DNA of 63,656 bases, filler included, from Octopus bimaculoides (GCF_001194135.2; 4 parts of 4 records of this genome joined end to end with filler, not necessarily neighbours in it), one strand, 5' to 3'; positions 1 to 13,508 are shown, counted from the whole stretch's first letter. Notes: a model not told the origin generated them from the letters alone. Program-made: numbers and translations.

Positions 1-111
1 ATGCATATATATGTATGTATATGTATGTATATGTATGTATGTATGCATGTATATATATACAAGCATTAGGAATTTGTAAAAAAAAAAAGAAGAGATAACA
101 CAGAATCTTGT

Positions 112-300
112 ATCTTACACGTTTCAGTCATTTGGCTGCGGTCATGCTGAGGTACCACGCTGAAGAAAATTTAGTCGAATAAATAGACTCTCGTACATAA
201 GTTTTTATTAAGCCTGGTATTTATTCTGTCGTCGGTTTTGCCTAACCGCTAAGTTATGGGGACGTAAACACACCAACACCTGTTTTTAAGCGGATACACA
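112..300 (-). mobile_element. SINE family A, 3' half
   Basis: Reverse complement matches the 3' half of the copies at 7201-7430, 41730-41848 and 57220-57295 (GGTGTGTTTACGTCCCC..AACTTAGCGG..AGCATG..CAGCCAAATGACTGAAAC). Confidence 0.75.
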
Positions 301-715
301 CGCACATACATAAAGAGAGAGAGAAAGAGTTGAAATGTATTTATAGGGACAGTTAAATAGGAAGAGGGGCAGGTAGGTAGGTGTGTTTGCGTTTTTCTGT
401 CCGTAGTAGATAAGTTTATGTAAGGAAAGTGTGTATGTGAGACGTTGCAGAATGGCACAAGAGAGAAATGAAAGGAAAGGTTATAGGAATGATAGCTTGA
501 GTTGGATGTCGATTAAAATGTATGGGTTTGAAATATTTTATGTTGAAGAAAATTATAAAGAAACTATGAAGAAGGACTATGTGGAATTTCAAGAAGTGCA
601 GAATAGCTGACTGCATATGAGTTTCAATGTATTTGTATGTACATATACAAACCTTATGTTTTACATAGACACACACACACACACACACACACGAACGCAT
701 AACGCACCAACATAC

Positions 716-758
<43 letters not shown>

Positions 759-1941
759 CAAATCTTATATTTATATATACGTATGTGTTTGTACGTATAT
801 ACATATGCATATATATATATGCATATATANNNNNNNNNNNNNNNNNNNNNNNNNNNNNNNNNNNNNNNNNNNNNNNNNNNNNNNNNNNNNNNNNNNNNNN
901 NNNNNNNNNNNNNNNNNNNNNNNNNNNNNNNNNNNNNNNNNNNNNNNNNNNNNNNNNNNNNNNNNNNNNNNNNNNNNNNNNNNNNNNNNNNNNNNNNNNN
1001 NNNNNNNNNNNNNNNNNNNNNNNNNNNNNNNNNNNNNNNNNNNNNNNNNNNNNNNNNNNNNNNNNNNNNNNNNNNNNNNNNNNNNNNNNNNNNNNNNNNN
1101 NNNNNNNNNNNNNNNNNNNNNNNNNNNNNNNNNNNNNNNNNNNNNNNNNNNNNNNNNNNNNNNNNNNNNNNNNNNNNNNNNNNNNNNNNNNNNNNNNNNN
1201 NNNNNNNNNNNNNNNNNNNNNNNNNNNNNNNNNNNNNNNNNNNNNNNNNNNNNNNNNNNNNNNNNNNNNNNNNNNNNNNNNNNNNNNNNNNNNNNNNNNN
1301 NNNNNNNNNNNNNNNNNNNNNNNNNNNNNNNNNNNNNNNNNNNNNATACCTAAGTATATATGCCTATATATTGTATGTGTCTATGTAAAGAGAGAGAGAG
1401 GACAGCGAGAGAGAGGGAGAGGAAAGGAAACAGAGAAAGAGAGTGAGATAGTTTTAAAACTTTTAAGTCTTAAAATATGGATCATAATTCGTTTGTACCT
1501 TCTTGACTGCTTAAGAAGACAGCTTGATGATATGTGCCTGGAGTCAACTATGAATCGATACAGTAAAATAACATTGTAAATGAAGATTAGATTGATAAGT
1601 ATGTTTGAAGCATATATTTATTCGGCTTTAAAAAATCACAGTTAACTACAAAGAGAATTCCTTCAGTTTCTGATTGTTTTGAAAGAGATGGTATCAATCC
1701 GCAAGGTATATGAATAGATATTAATAGTAAATTCCTAGTTCATTGACGTGTGAGATCTGACCTCGAATATTTCATAGTGTGAAAATGATGAGATGTGAAA
1801 CTGTCAGTAAAAATGTTTGCATTTTATATACATATGTGCGTGGGTGAGTGTATATTGAGAAAGAGAGAAACAAGGGAGAAGTGAAAGAGAGATACATGTG
1901 TATATATGTAAATATATCTATCTCTCCATACACACACACAC

Positions 1942-1983
<42 letters not shown>

Positions 1984-2469
1984 NNNNNNNNNNNNNNNNN
2001 NNNNNNNNNNNNNNNNNNNNNNNNNNNNNNNNNNNNNNNNNNNNNNNNNNNNNNNNNNNNNNNNNNNNNNNNNNNNNNNNNNNNNNNNNNNNNNNNNNNN
2101 NNNNNNNNNNNNNNNNNNNNNNNNNNNNNNNNNNNNNNNNNNNNNNNNNNNNNNNNNNNNNNNNNNNNNNNNNNNNNNNNNNNNNNNNNNNNNNNNNNNN
2201 NNNNNNNNNNNNNNNNNNNNNNNNNNNNNNNNNNNNNNNNNNNNNNNNNNNNNNNNNNNNNNNNNNNNNNNNNNNNNNNNNNNNNNNNNNNNNNNNNNNN
2301 NNNNNNNNNNNNNNNNNNNNNNNNNNNNNTATATATACATACATATATACTATATTTAAGGCATATCCAAGTTATAAGCATCAGGAATAACGTAACGTTT
2401 GCTATATGAATAGACAACTGAGGTGCAAATATAGCTAGTAAATTTTATACATCAATGATTAATAGTGTA

Positions 2470-3353
2470 CGATTCTGATCAATAAGTATCAGGACTTTTG
2501 TCATAGTAACGAAGCTAAAGTACGCTGAGTTAAGCTGCTTGGAAAAAGCACACTTAGCTGTGTATGCGCACTAAGTTTTAACGTTCTAACTCACTCCTGC
2601 TGTTTATACCAGTACTTCGAAGGAAGATGCGTAGCGTGTGATCGTCGCATTGACCATCACAGGGAATGTTGTGATGGTGATACCTGCTCAGAGGCCTACT
2701 CAAATTTGCAGAAAACGTATGGAGTAGAGTCCATGAGCCACACACAAGTGCATGAGTCGTTCAGACGTTTCCAAGATTGCAGAAACAATGTCGATATTGA
2801 TGGACGTTCTGGGAGACCCGTAACCAGCAGAACTGAGAAGGACATCGCATATGTGAGTGGAGCTCTGAGGCGAAATCGTCGAATCACCATCTGTGAGTTA
2901 TCAGAGGATGTGAAGATTAGTTACAGTTTAGTTCAGTCCATTATCACTAAAGATTTGGGTATGAAACGCGTGTCTTCCCAGTTTGTGCCAAAACTGCTTT
3001 CACCTAAACAGAAAGACACTTGAGTTTCAGATGCACAAGATATCCTTGACTGTGTCAATAACGGCGAAAACGTCTTGAAAGCTTTGCGTATGCTTCCGGG
3101 CATGTATCACCAAGCTTTTGGAAAATTTGATGCAGATTGTCTTCTCAACTAACTCTGTCATGGCCAATGCGACGATGACACGTTACACACCTTCATTCCA
3201 AGCACTGCTATAAACCGTGCAATTGAGCTTAAACTGAAACTTAATGCGCATGCACAGAAGAGTTCAAAGTCAACCTGTGGCAAGTGCCTTTACGCCGCGT
3301 GATTTAGCTTCGTTACTATAACAATAGTCCGGATAAGTATTGATCAGCCCACG
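2470..3353 (+). mobile_element. Internally deleted mariner transposon, 884 bp
   Basis: About 55-bp imperfect TIRs (CGATTCTGATCAATAAGTATCAGGACTTTTGTCATAGTAACGAAGCTAAA; the reverse complement recurs at 3300-3353). TA flanks at 2468-69 and 3354-55. Contains a transposase N-terminal fragment. Confidence 0.85.
2706..3023 (+). pseudogene. Mariner transposase N-terminal HTH fragment
   Basis: YGVESMSHTQVHESFRRF..GRSGRP..RRITICELSEDVKISYSLVQSIITKDLGMKRVSSQFVPKLL matches the mariner HTH and the WVPHEL-equivalent linker. It ends in a stop, and the catalytic domain is absent. Confidence 0.85.
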
Positions 3354-3399
3354 TATATCTTAGAAGTGCAGCAAAAAATAGTTTAAAATTTGGGTATAA

Positions 3400-3980
3400 G
3401 GCCTGAAACTTTAGGTGAATAGCTAAGTCAACCGATGGCACATTACAGAGATGAGAATCGGCTGACACTGTTCGCATGGGTGGTTGGACACAACCCGAGC
3501 AAAAACTTACAACCTGTGGATGCAGCGACGCGCTGCAATAGCGCCTGCTCCAATACCTTGTAATTAATTTGATTATCCAATGATTTACTTTCAGCGAGAA
3601 ATGACATCTTCCGTCCGTTATTTTGTACGACTCTGAGAGGCAAACGTATGATTTCACACTCTTTTTACTATAACCTTGATAAATGATTTCCCGGCACTGA
3701 GATGTGTGTAACAGAACAGCCCAATAGTAGTTGCCGTCATGCCGGTCACACTCACCTCTGCAGAGAGGGATAGATATGCCATTCTAGCAGTCCTGGCTGC
3801 TAACTGAGCAGATGATCTGCCACAATACCGAGGTTTCAAGAAGCCCGTCTTTCTTTAACATTACGCCATGGGTACCACAGACACCAACTGCATTAAACCT
3901 ATTAATCACCGTACCAAACTCGTCTACGGGCGACACGTCACAGCTAACTAGCAGTCTGGTAACCTGTGCCGAAAGCATTC
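3400..3980 (-). pseudogene. Possible decayed Tc3-like (Tc1 family) transposase
   Basis: Frameshifted pieces DRHDGNYYW (cf. Tc3 DGPDGxxYYW) and YKVLEQALLQRVAASTGCKFLLGLCPTTHANSV (cf. Y..VLE..LLP....F.FQQDNAP.H), compared by eye only. Confidence 0.4.
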
Positions 3981-6900
3981 TTCAAAACAGTACTAGCTCG
4001 ATCTACTTTATATAATTCATTATAGGGTGATGGCCAGTGAACTAACAACCTGTGCAATTTTCTCCATTTTCAACATTTCTGAATACACTCTGGTGATACG
4101 GTCACTGGATTAACACAGTTGCGAATTTTGGTAAAATATCAACGATATCTTCACAGACGTCACATACTATTGGTTTACGTAATGTGCAATGCTGCAATCA
4201 ATTGACCAACATACTCTTACGCTTTGGCTCAATTATCATTTATCTGGTGACACGATCTTAATACAACTATTTCCTGATGAATTAACAACTTCAACAAATC
4301 AACCTTATTTTGAATTATAACAATTTGTGACACACTTTCTAGCAACTATGTAAAAAAATATATCGATTAATGAAACACTGGTCGGATGCGAGACATCTAC
4401 GGCATAGTTCACTTACCTACTTTCACAAATTATAAGCTTGCGAAACTAGTAACGTCAGTTAATGTAAATAATATAAATTAACATAAATAAATCTTCTTAA
4501 AGCTTCGAAGTACATTTCCAAATTAATTTTTCCATATGTGTAGTCGTGTGAAAAGGCACTTATTTTACTGAATGTATAACAGCATCTATACTTGCATACA
4601 CACACGCAGATATGCGCAAACATATATGTATACATGCATATNNNNNNNNNNNNNNNNNNNNNNNNNNNNNNNNNNNNNNNNNNNNNNNNNNNNNNNNNNN
4701 NNNNNNNNNNNNNNNNNNNNNNNNNNNNNNNNNNNNNNNNNNNNNNNNNNNNNNNNNNNNNNNNNNNNNNNNNNNNNNNNNNNNNNNNNNNNNNNNNNNN
4801 NNNNNNNNNNNNNNNNNNNNNNNNNNNNNNNNNNNNNNNNNNNNNNNNNNNNNNNNNNNNNNNNNNNNNNNNNNNNNNNNNNNNNNNNNNNNNNNNNNNN
4901 NNNNNNNNNNNNNNNNNNNNNNNNNNNNNNNNNNNNNNNNNNNNNNNNNNNNNNNNNNNNNNNNNNNNNNNNNNNNNNNNNNNNNNNNNNNNNNNNNNNN
5001 NNNNNNNNNNNNNNNNNNNNNNNNNNNNNNNNNNNNNNNNNNNNNNNNNNNNNNNNNNNNNNNNNNNNNNNNNNNNNNNNNNNNNNNNNNNNNNNNNNNN
5101 NNNNNNNNNNNNNNNNNNNNNNNNNNNNNNNNNNNNNNNNNNNNNNNNNNNNNNNNNNNNNNNNNNNNNNNNNNNNNNNNNNNNNNNNNNNNNNNNNNNN
5201 NNNNNNNNNNNNNNNNNNNNNNNNNNNNNNNNNNNNNNNNNNNNNNNNNNNNNNNNNNNNNNNNNNNNNNNNNNNNNNNNNNNNNNNNNNNNNNNNNNNN
5301 NNNNNNNNNNNNNNNNNNNNNNNNNNNNNNNNNNNNNNNNNNNNNNNNNNNNNNNNNNNNNNNNNNNNNNNNNNNNNNNNNNNNNNNNNNNNNNNNNNNN
5401 NNNNNNNNNNNNNNNNNNNNNNNNNNNNNNNNNNNNNNNNNNNNNNNNNNNNNNNNNNNNNNNNNNNNNNNNNNNNNNNNNNNNNNNNNNNATATATATA
5501 TATATATATATAAGTACATATATATACATTTGTACATGTTATAAATGCTGAAAACATACATGTGTACGTATGTACGCATGTATAAATGCATCTATGCAAA
5601 TAAAGATAGTCAGAGAGACGTTGTCTGTCACGCCTTCATATTTCATTCATATACATATAGGCACTCGCAGCAAGTCACTCACTCATACGTTAACACAACT
5701 CAGATAAACTTACATATTTTAACAGATTCATCCTAATTATTGTTATCATTACCCTTTAGTTCTTTTTATCCTTCAATCTCTTTTTGTCTTTACCAAACCT
5801 TGTACCATATATTAATCTTGAGGTTATTAATGTACAGATAATGGTTAAGTAAAAAAATACAGAATATGTTGTTTACTGATACAAATTATGCCAGTGATTT
5901 CAATACGATACTAGTTACGTTAAAAGAAAATATTTAATTACGTCTGAATAAAAGATCGTGAGTTGTATATATATATATATATATATATATAACTTGATAT
6001 CTCTTAGTGTATGCTATACATATGATGTGGTATCTATCTGCATGAATATAGGTGTGTCTACGCTTGTGTGTGAAGTGTAATATATGTATATGCTTGTGTA
6101 TTTGTATTTTTTCATTGATGTATATAATTCGGTTTATGCGCGCATGTGCATGTAGTTTAGAGTCTGTAATACACCAACAGATGTATATATACATGTCATT
6201 TTTGTATATGCTTGTTTCTATATGTTGTTCCTGAGTGGGTTATTATATTGATTTCCCATAACGTCTTTTTATTTAAGTTTTCCGCACCTATTGCCTTTAT
6301 TAAACTTCGACATCCCTTCGAAATACCTGACACACTAATTTTCACTTTCTTTATCGAACGACTTTCTTTCGTTATAACTTCTTACTTCATCTTTGTGGTT
6401 GCACGTTCTTCTTCTGTGGACTGAAAATTTCTATTATAATGGCAGTGATTATATTTTCAATGACGTGTTGTGAGAATCCTCAATAAATTGCAATTTGTTC
6501 TTTAATTGTGGAGAGGAAATATTAACTTAGCATCAATGTTTTAGAAACTCTAAAAGTAAATTAATTCTCATTGTAACAAATTCAGAAATAATTTTAAAAA
6601 CTAAAGAATTCCATTTTTCAAATGAGTGGGAAATTTATCATCGGTAGCAGTCATATTGACTGTTACACATGTGTTTTTTGTTTTATAAGAAATATTCTAC
6701 AGAGATTATTTATTTCATGCTTGCTATATAAGCGGGCGTAGAGATACATAAGTAGGAAATAGGAAGTTATGAATAATTTTGATGAATGTTAATTTATTTA
6801 CTTATGAGAAACGAACAGAGAAAATAATTCACGTGTGCGAATTATATGAACAGAAATAAACTATTTCGGTGCTATTGTACTGAATTTCGAGCACCAAAAA

Positions 6901-7200
6901 TACTGACAGATTCTGAAATGTTCGCTTTAGTTGGAAAAACGAAACTAAATTCTTTTCGCAATGGTTACTGACTCTCAAAGAAATATGTATAATTTAAGAT
7001 AACCTCATTAATCATTTTGTTTAGAGGAATACCTTATGTGCTGCTGCTCCAGCGATAAGGGTTAATAAGAACAAAACNNNNNNNNNNNNNNNNNNNNNNN
7101 NNNNNNNNNNNNNNNNNNNNNNNNNNNNNNNNNNNNNNNNNNNNNNNNNNNNNNNNNNNNNNNNNNNNNNNNNNNNNGTGTGTGTGTGTGTGTGTGTGTG

Positions 7201-7430
7201 TGCGTGCGTGTGTGTCTATGTGCTTGTTTTTGTCGCCTATCACTGCTTGACAAGGCAGTCCTCGTGAGTTTAGGTCACCATAACTGAGCGGGTCAGCAAA
7301 CGTCAACGATAAAATAAGTACAAGGCTTTAAGAAAAGCCTGGGACCGATTCATTCGACTATAATCTTTCAAGGTTGTGCTCAAGCATGGCCATAGTCAAA
7401 TGACTGAAATAAGTAAAAGATGAAAGATAG
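7201..7430 (+). mobile_element. SINE family A, 3' half, preceded by (GT)n and a gap
   Basis: CTTGACAA..ATAAAATAAGTACAAGGCTTT..AGCATGGCCATAGTCAAATGACTGAAATAAGTAAAAGA, shared with the other family A copies. Confidence 0.75.
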
Positions 7431-8208
7431 AAACACATATAAATATATATTAGTATTCATTCAGTATTGTGTGTTACTGGAAGCTAGCGTACGCATGTCT
7501 ACAAAAGTTCATTTTTGCTCCATACAATTATTTTAAAATAGAGAATAAACATAAGACTAGAAAATCGTTACTAAATCTTCTTGTATTATGAGAGTAAGTG
7601 AGGAGTGTTGCAGAGATTTTAATAGCGTTAGTTCGTTTCTTCTTTCTAGTTTCAATCGTCTAATACATCCATATTAAAATATGCTTAGGCAACTATTAAG
7701 CTCACAGAAAGCTTACAGAGTATTGGAATCGCTAATGAAGCAGAAAATTTGTCCTGTATTTAATGAGGTATCACTAGTTGTTGTGTTGAGAATAGGTTGC
7801 TTACTATTTCATTTTAGCTTTGATGTACATTAATTAATCCGTGATAATCGAATCAACTATAAGCACATCCACAAATATGTAAAGTTGCAAATCTGCCAAA
7901 AGTTATGGTTTAGTAGATTTGGAGGTAATAGCGAAGAAGATGGTTTCTGGCATTAACTTGATTACTTTCATGTAATAAGTTTAAATACCAGTGGCTTTGA
8001 GTTTGCATTACGTCAGACTGAGGACGCTTAAAAAATATCTGACACGTATTGAAGAAATTGCAGCCATTGTTTTTTGTTTTGTTTTTTGTCCTAAATTTAT
8101 AACTTTGACCGATTTGCAAAATCAGTAGAAGCCGAAATATGGTTCGGTACACTGAGCGAATTGTTGCGTAACAAGTAATACCGTCAAACGTTTAGTGCCG
8201 CCCGTTTA

Positions 8209-8240
<32 letters not shown>

Positions 8241-9041
8241 NNNNNNNNNNNNNNNNNNNNNNNNNNNNNNNNNNNNNNNNNNNNNNNNNNNNNNNNNNNN
8301 NNNNNNNNNNNNNNNNNNNNNNNNNNNNNNNNNNNNNNNNNNNNNNNNNNNNNNNNNNNNNNNNNNNNNNNNNNNNNNNNNNNNNNNNNNNNNNNNNNNN
8401 NNNNNNNNNNNNNNNNNNNNNNNNNNNNNNNNNNNNNNNNNNNNNNNNNNNNNNNNNNNNNNNNNNNNNNNNNNNNNNNNNNNNNNNNNNNNNNNNNNNN
8501 NNNNNNNNNNNNNNNNNNNNNNNNNNNNNNNNNNNNNNNNNNNNNNNNNNNNNNNNNNNNNNNNNNNNNNNNNNNNNNNNNNNNNNNNNNNNNNNNNNNN
8601 NNNNNNNNNNNNNNNNNNNNNNNNNNNNNNNNNNNNNNNNNNNNNNNNNNNNNNNNNNNNNNNNNNNNNNNNNNNNNNNNNNNNNNNNNNNNNNNNNNNN
8701 NNNNNNNNNNNNNNNNNNNNNNNNNNNNNNNNNNNNNNNNNNNNNNNNNNNNNNNNNNNNNNNNNNNNNNNNNNNNNNNNNNNNNNNNNNNNNNNNNNNN
8801 NNNNNNNNNNNNNNNNNNNNNNNNNNNNNNNNNNNNNNNNNNNNNNNNNNNNNNNNNNNNNNNNNNNNNNNNNNNNNNNNNNNNNNNNNNNNNNNNNNNN
8901 NNNNNNNNNNNNNNNNNNNNNNNNNNNNNNNNNNNNNNNNNNNNNNNNNNNNNNNNNNNNNNNNNNNNNNNNNNNNNNNNNNNNNNNNNNNNNNNNNNNN
9001 NNNNNNNNNNNNNNNATTCCTTTATATATATATATATATAT

Positions 9042-9231
9042 ACTGTTGTGTCTGGGGAGAGTCATTTTCGTTGCATCTTGCAAACTTATCAATAGTCTTA
9101 ACAATTGATAAGGTTGCAAGACACAACGAAAATTTAAGAAAATAAAAATAAGAAATAAGTGGAAATTTTAACCGTGAAAGTGTTAAGTTTAAAGGCACAA
9201 TAAGAGAATGAATCTCCCCAGACAAAACAGA
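9042..9231. mobile_element. Small palindromic MITE with internal hairpin
   Basis: Terminal inverted repeat CTGTTGTGTCTGGGGAGAGTCATT / AATGAATCTCCCCAGACAAAACAG, plus a ~29-bp internal inverted repeat at 9065-9132. Confidence 0.7.
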
Positions 9232-9307
9232 ATATGCTTCAACACACGAAATCACATAAAAGATCTTGCAAACCAAATCCAAAAACGAAATATATATATA
9301 TATATGT

Positions 9308-10007
9308 AAAGGAAAAACGAAAATGGTGCTTTTTGAAAATTAGGTACATTTGAATTTCTTTATATAAATGCATTAAAAGAAAAATGTTTTTGCATGACAT
9401 ATTTCGATTTTTGAAAAACCTTTTCAAAAATATGTACTAAAATGGAATATGTAGAAAAAAGGTTATTAATAAAATTATTAAAATATACGTTCATAGTGTA
9501 CCTTCTTTTTGCCTGCAAGAACACGTGGTAGTTTCCTTTAATTTTAGTGGCATTACTACTAGCACTATCTGTGATGGAAAATTACTATATAGATATGCAT
9601 GTTATTCATAAGAAATAAAGATAAGTAGTAGAATAACTCCATTTCTACTAAAACCCCAAGGGGGATAACCTTACCACGACGACTATTATTATTACTGCTG
9701 CTAGTTATTCGACTGCTCCAGCCATTCCTTTAGAAAACAGTCCTCCCCACACTATTTAATTTACCTTCACAGACAGTAGTAATTTGCCATCATAGAAAGT
9801 GCCGCTAGTAATGCCACGAAAATTAAAGGAAATTACCACGTGCTCTTGCATGAAAAAAGAAGGTACGCTATGAACGTATATACACCGTGAACGTTTATTT
9901 TAATAATTCTATTCATAAAATATTCCCTAGATATTCCATTTTATTACTTATAAGGAAATTCAAATGTACCTAGTTTTATAAAGTAACATTTTCGTCCTTC
10001 TTTTTCA
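9308..10007. mobile_element. Foldback element / long-TIR MITE, about 700 bp
   Basis: Arms 9308-9588 and 9775-10007 are reverse complements (TATACGTTCATAGYGTACCTTCTTTTT..GCAAGARCACGTGGTARTTTCCTTTAATTTT.GTGGCATTACTA; TAGGTACATTTGAATTTC). The left arm carries an insertion. Confidence 0.8.
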
Positions 10008-10254
10008 TAAATATCTACTTACTCGTGTGTTACCTCTACATTTTTAAATAAAATAAATTAATTAATTCAATGGAATACACTGTCTGCAAGTCGATGGATA
10101 CTGCATATTCTCCTCCATTTCCTTATTGCTATATAAATTTAGGATAAAATAACGCCATTTTACCCGCACCCACTTAATCGGGTACCCTCTAAGCAGTATA
10201 TTAGATAGATACTATCCCTTAAAGGGTTGAATCCTCAAACCCTAACTCTCTTGC

Positions 10255-10318
<64 letters not shown>

Positions 10319-10320
10319 CA
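10255..10320. repeat. (TA)n microsatellite
   Basis: Direct read. Confidence 0.95.
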
Positions 10321-11383
10321 TACCACAAACGTATGTGTATATGGCTTATTATGTTCACGCGTGCATTTGACAATCGCGATTTATTTATATCTGTATAAAC
10401 TTATACTACATAGTACTTATTCTCTGTATAATGCTAGTATTTATATAAAGCGGTAAACACATGTCCGCGCGCATTACCATCTTCATGTAGCTGAGTATTA
10501 AGGTTATATCAGTAAATCAATCTCCTAAGAGATTAATAATCAAGTTTCAGCTAATATCTTCTGGAGTAAATGAAAGGACATAATTAATTCGGTACCTGAT
10601 ACGATAGACTTTGTATGTTACATGATTCTACGTTTTCATCGAATATAATTGGATCTGCCGAACAAAATGTAACGTACACAACAAGAATAAAGTGCTCCCT
10701 TGATAACTCCGTTTCTTGAAGAAAATTTCTATTTGTATCACTATAACACAAAACTCGCCTCAGAATTTCAATCTAAATACTGAATTTTTCTTCTGCCTAA
10801 AAAATATGTTTCATCTATGCAAAATCTAAAACATCCATCGTTAAAAGATTCCAAAACAAGGTTTGGAACGGATATGACTGGCGAAACAGTTTGAAGGTGT
10901 GCTGAAGTGCTTGTAAGAAGTTTAAAAACATCTGCTAATTAATATTTCAGTCAATATTGTTCATGACTTATGCAGAGAGTATTGATCTCTGATGAGGTAA
11001 AAGCAGGACTATGAAGAAGGAACTTCAAGACTGTCCCATGGTGCATGCGTACATGATTTCTTATAAAAACTCACAACATTTCATGGGCCGAGCAGATGAG
11101 ATTTATTGACTCATGTTCCCTTGCCTACTAATATTGATTAACGAAAGGTAGTCTTTGCTGGCTACTGCGTGGTACTGAGCAATAGGCCATATCAAACGTT
11201 AAGTTTTGGGGATTCCCACACCACAATACATGATGAAGTCCGTTCAACCACAGATGTATTTAAGGCACAGGCATACATGAAACCGGAGTTCTATCAAATT
11301 CGAAGAGGAAAATTATATGATGCATATGTAGGTTGTAGATACTACTTTGTTACGTCTTAGATCAATATAAGAATGAATCATAA

Positions 11384-11602
11384 GGGCGGCCAGTTGGCAG
11401 AATCGTTAGCGCGCAGGGTAAAATTGTTAGTGGCATTTCGTCCGTCTTTATGTTTTGAGTCCAAATTCTCCTGGGGTGGACGTTAACTTTCATCCTTTCG
11501 AGGTCAATAAAATAAGTACCAGCTGAACACTGGAACACAGGTGGGTCGATGTAATCGATTTACTCCTCCCCTAAAATTGCTGGCATTTTGTCAGAGTTTG
11601 AA
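11384..11602 (+). mobile_element. tRNA-derived SINE family B (older, diverged copy)
   Basis: A-box-like TGGCAGAATCGTTAG, degenerate B-box GAGTCCAAATTC, body TTTCATCCTTTCGAGGTCAATAAAATAAGTACCAG, shared with 11831, 44938 and 61027-61938. Confidence 0.8.
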
Positions 11603-11830
11603 ATCGCAACAAGTGTGAATCGTGAAAGAGTGTTGGAGTGTTTTCAGGTTAGTTTTCAGAGTAGCAACTAAAAAAAAAAACACTTCATAGAAACATTTGA
11701 ATATTTCAAACGGAATAATTATCATTGTAATATCATAATACAAGTTTAGATATAATGCAATATGTAATTGATGTCAGATACCCTTGACAAAGAAAGTCAC
11801 GCAAAGAAGCTCAATAGAAATAATTACAAG

Positions 11831-12060
11831 GCGGCGAGTTGGCAGAAACGTTAGCACGCCGGGTGAAATGCTTAGTGGTATATCGTCTGCCGCTACGTTC
11901 TGAGTTCAAATTCCGCCGACTTTGCCTTTCATCCTTTCGGGGTCAATTAAATAAGTACCAGTTACGCACTGGGGTTGATATAATCAACTTAATCGGTTTG
12001 TCTGTCCTTGTTTATCCCCTCTGTGTGTAGCCTCTTGTGGGCAATAAAGAAATGAGAAAT
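11831..12060 (+). mobile_element. tRNA-derived SINE family B
   Basis: GGCGGCGAGTTGGCAGAAACGTTAGCACGCCGGG..GAGTTCAAATTCCGCCG..TTTCATCCTTTCGGGGTC..; tail GTGGGCAATAAAGAAAT. Confidence 0.85.
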
Positions 12061-12377
12061 AATTACGATCCTATAAAGAAATGAGNNNNNNNNNNNNNNN
12101 NNNNNNNNNNNNNNNNNNNNNNNNNNNNNNNNNNNNNNNNNNNNNNNNNNNNNNNNNNNNNNNNNNNNNNNNNNNNNNNNNNNNNNNNNNNNNNNNNNNN
12201 NNNNNNNNNNNNNNNNNNNNNNNNNNNNNNNNNNNNNNNNNNNNNNNNNNNNNNNNNNNNNNNNNNNNNNNNNNNNNNNNNNNNNNNNNNNNNNNNNNNN
12301 NNNNNNNNNNNNNNNNNNNNNNNNNNNNNNNNNNNNNNNNNNNNNNNNNNNNNNNNNNNNNNNNNNNNNNNNNNNNN

Positions 12378-12460
<83 letters not shown>
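12378..12460. repeat. (GT)n microsatellite bordering a gap
   Basis: Direct read. Confidence 0.95.
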
Positions 12461-13508
12461 TGTGTGCATGTGTATGTGTGTGTACGTGTGCGCGCACATT
12501 TATATATATTTGTCGGGGCAGAATTGTACATCGCTTAGAATCCTTCCTCTCAAGTGTCGGATGCGAAACCTTTTCATGCGTGTATGTTCATCATGGATAC
12601 GTATCAACACAGAATTTAGAGTGAAACGGGGTAGATGGATAGTATGGTGAAGCTGCTTACTGGGCTATGACTGTAACTTACTTGTACAGCCTTGTCGCAC
12701 AGCGTGTCTCGTTATCTTACTTGATAATTACATTAATGTGTAGTATACTCGACGGCTTACATTAGTATTTAATGCGAAAATAATTAACTCCGACCTGCAA
12801 ACGAATTCTGCTTCAAGTGACGGCAACTGAGCTGCACATCGCTGTGCCTCATCTGGAATCTCTGTTTCCCATTAGCGTTGCTTGGTTCTCACTTTTATGC
12901 TCCTCGTTTAATAGCGTGAATACCGATGAGGAGCCTCGCAAAATATTATATCGGATATGGCCTGGTGTTCAGCATGATTGAACATCAAGCCATATCAGAT
13001 TTCAATAGTCAGCACAGCGTACCCTGTTTCATTATAATAATACTAGAGAGGGATGGAATACGTCCATATATTCACTCTTTGGTCTTGTGCACTCGGCATA
13101 AAATATAAATGGATGTCCGTCAGTATCGACGATGTATGTTCGGTTGCTTCGTCAACTGAACTACTTGATCTGTGCATTCACTTTTAAGCGGCCGAATTAT
13201 GTGAGGCAGCTTATAGTATTAAAATAATTTTCAATCGGTTCCAGTGTGACAGCAACAGATGATCCAGAGCATTTATCATATCTTCAAAATATTGTGTATT
13301 TCATCTATGGATTTATGTGTTTAATTTCACAGCACGCACACATACACACAAACACACACAGGCACATAGACAGACACACACAAGCATGTATGCATATGTA
13401 TACATTTATCTATGTATATTCATTTCAATCTCCCTTTGTCTCTCTCTCTCTCTTCATCCCTCCTGTATATCTGTCTATCTCTCTATCGATGTGTGTGTGT
13501 ACACACAC

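Noticed and set aside
6384-6425. Minus-strand TTTTCAG-35 nt-GTAAGA micro-exon candidate (STEEERATTKM)
   Set aside because: Weak polypyrimidine tract, no partner exons, and expected by chance in 60 kb.
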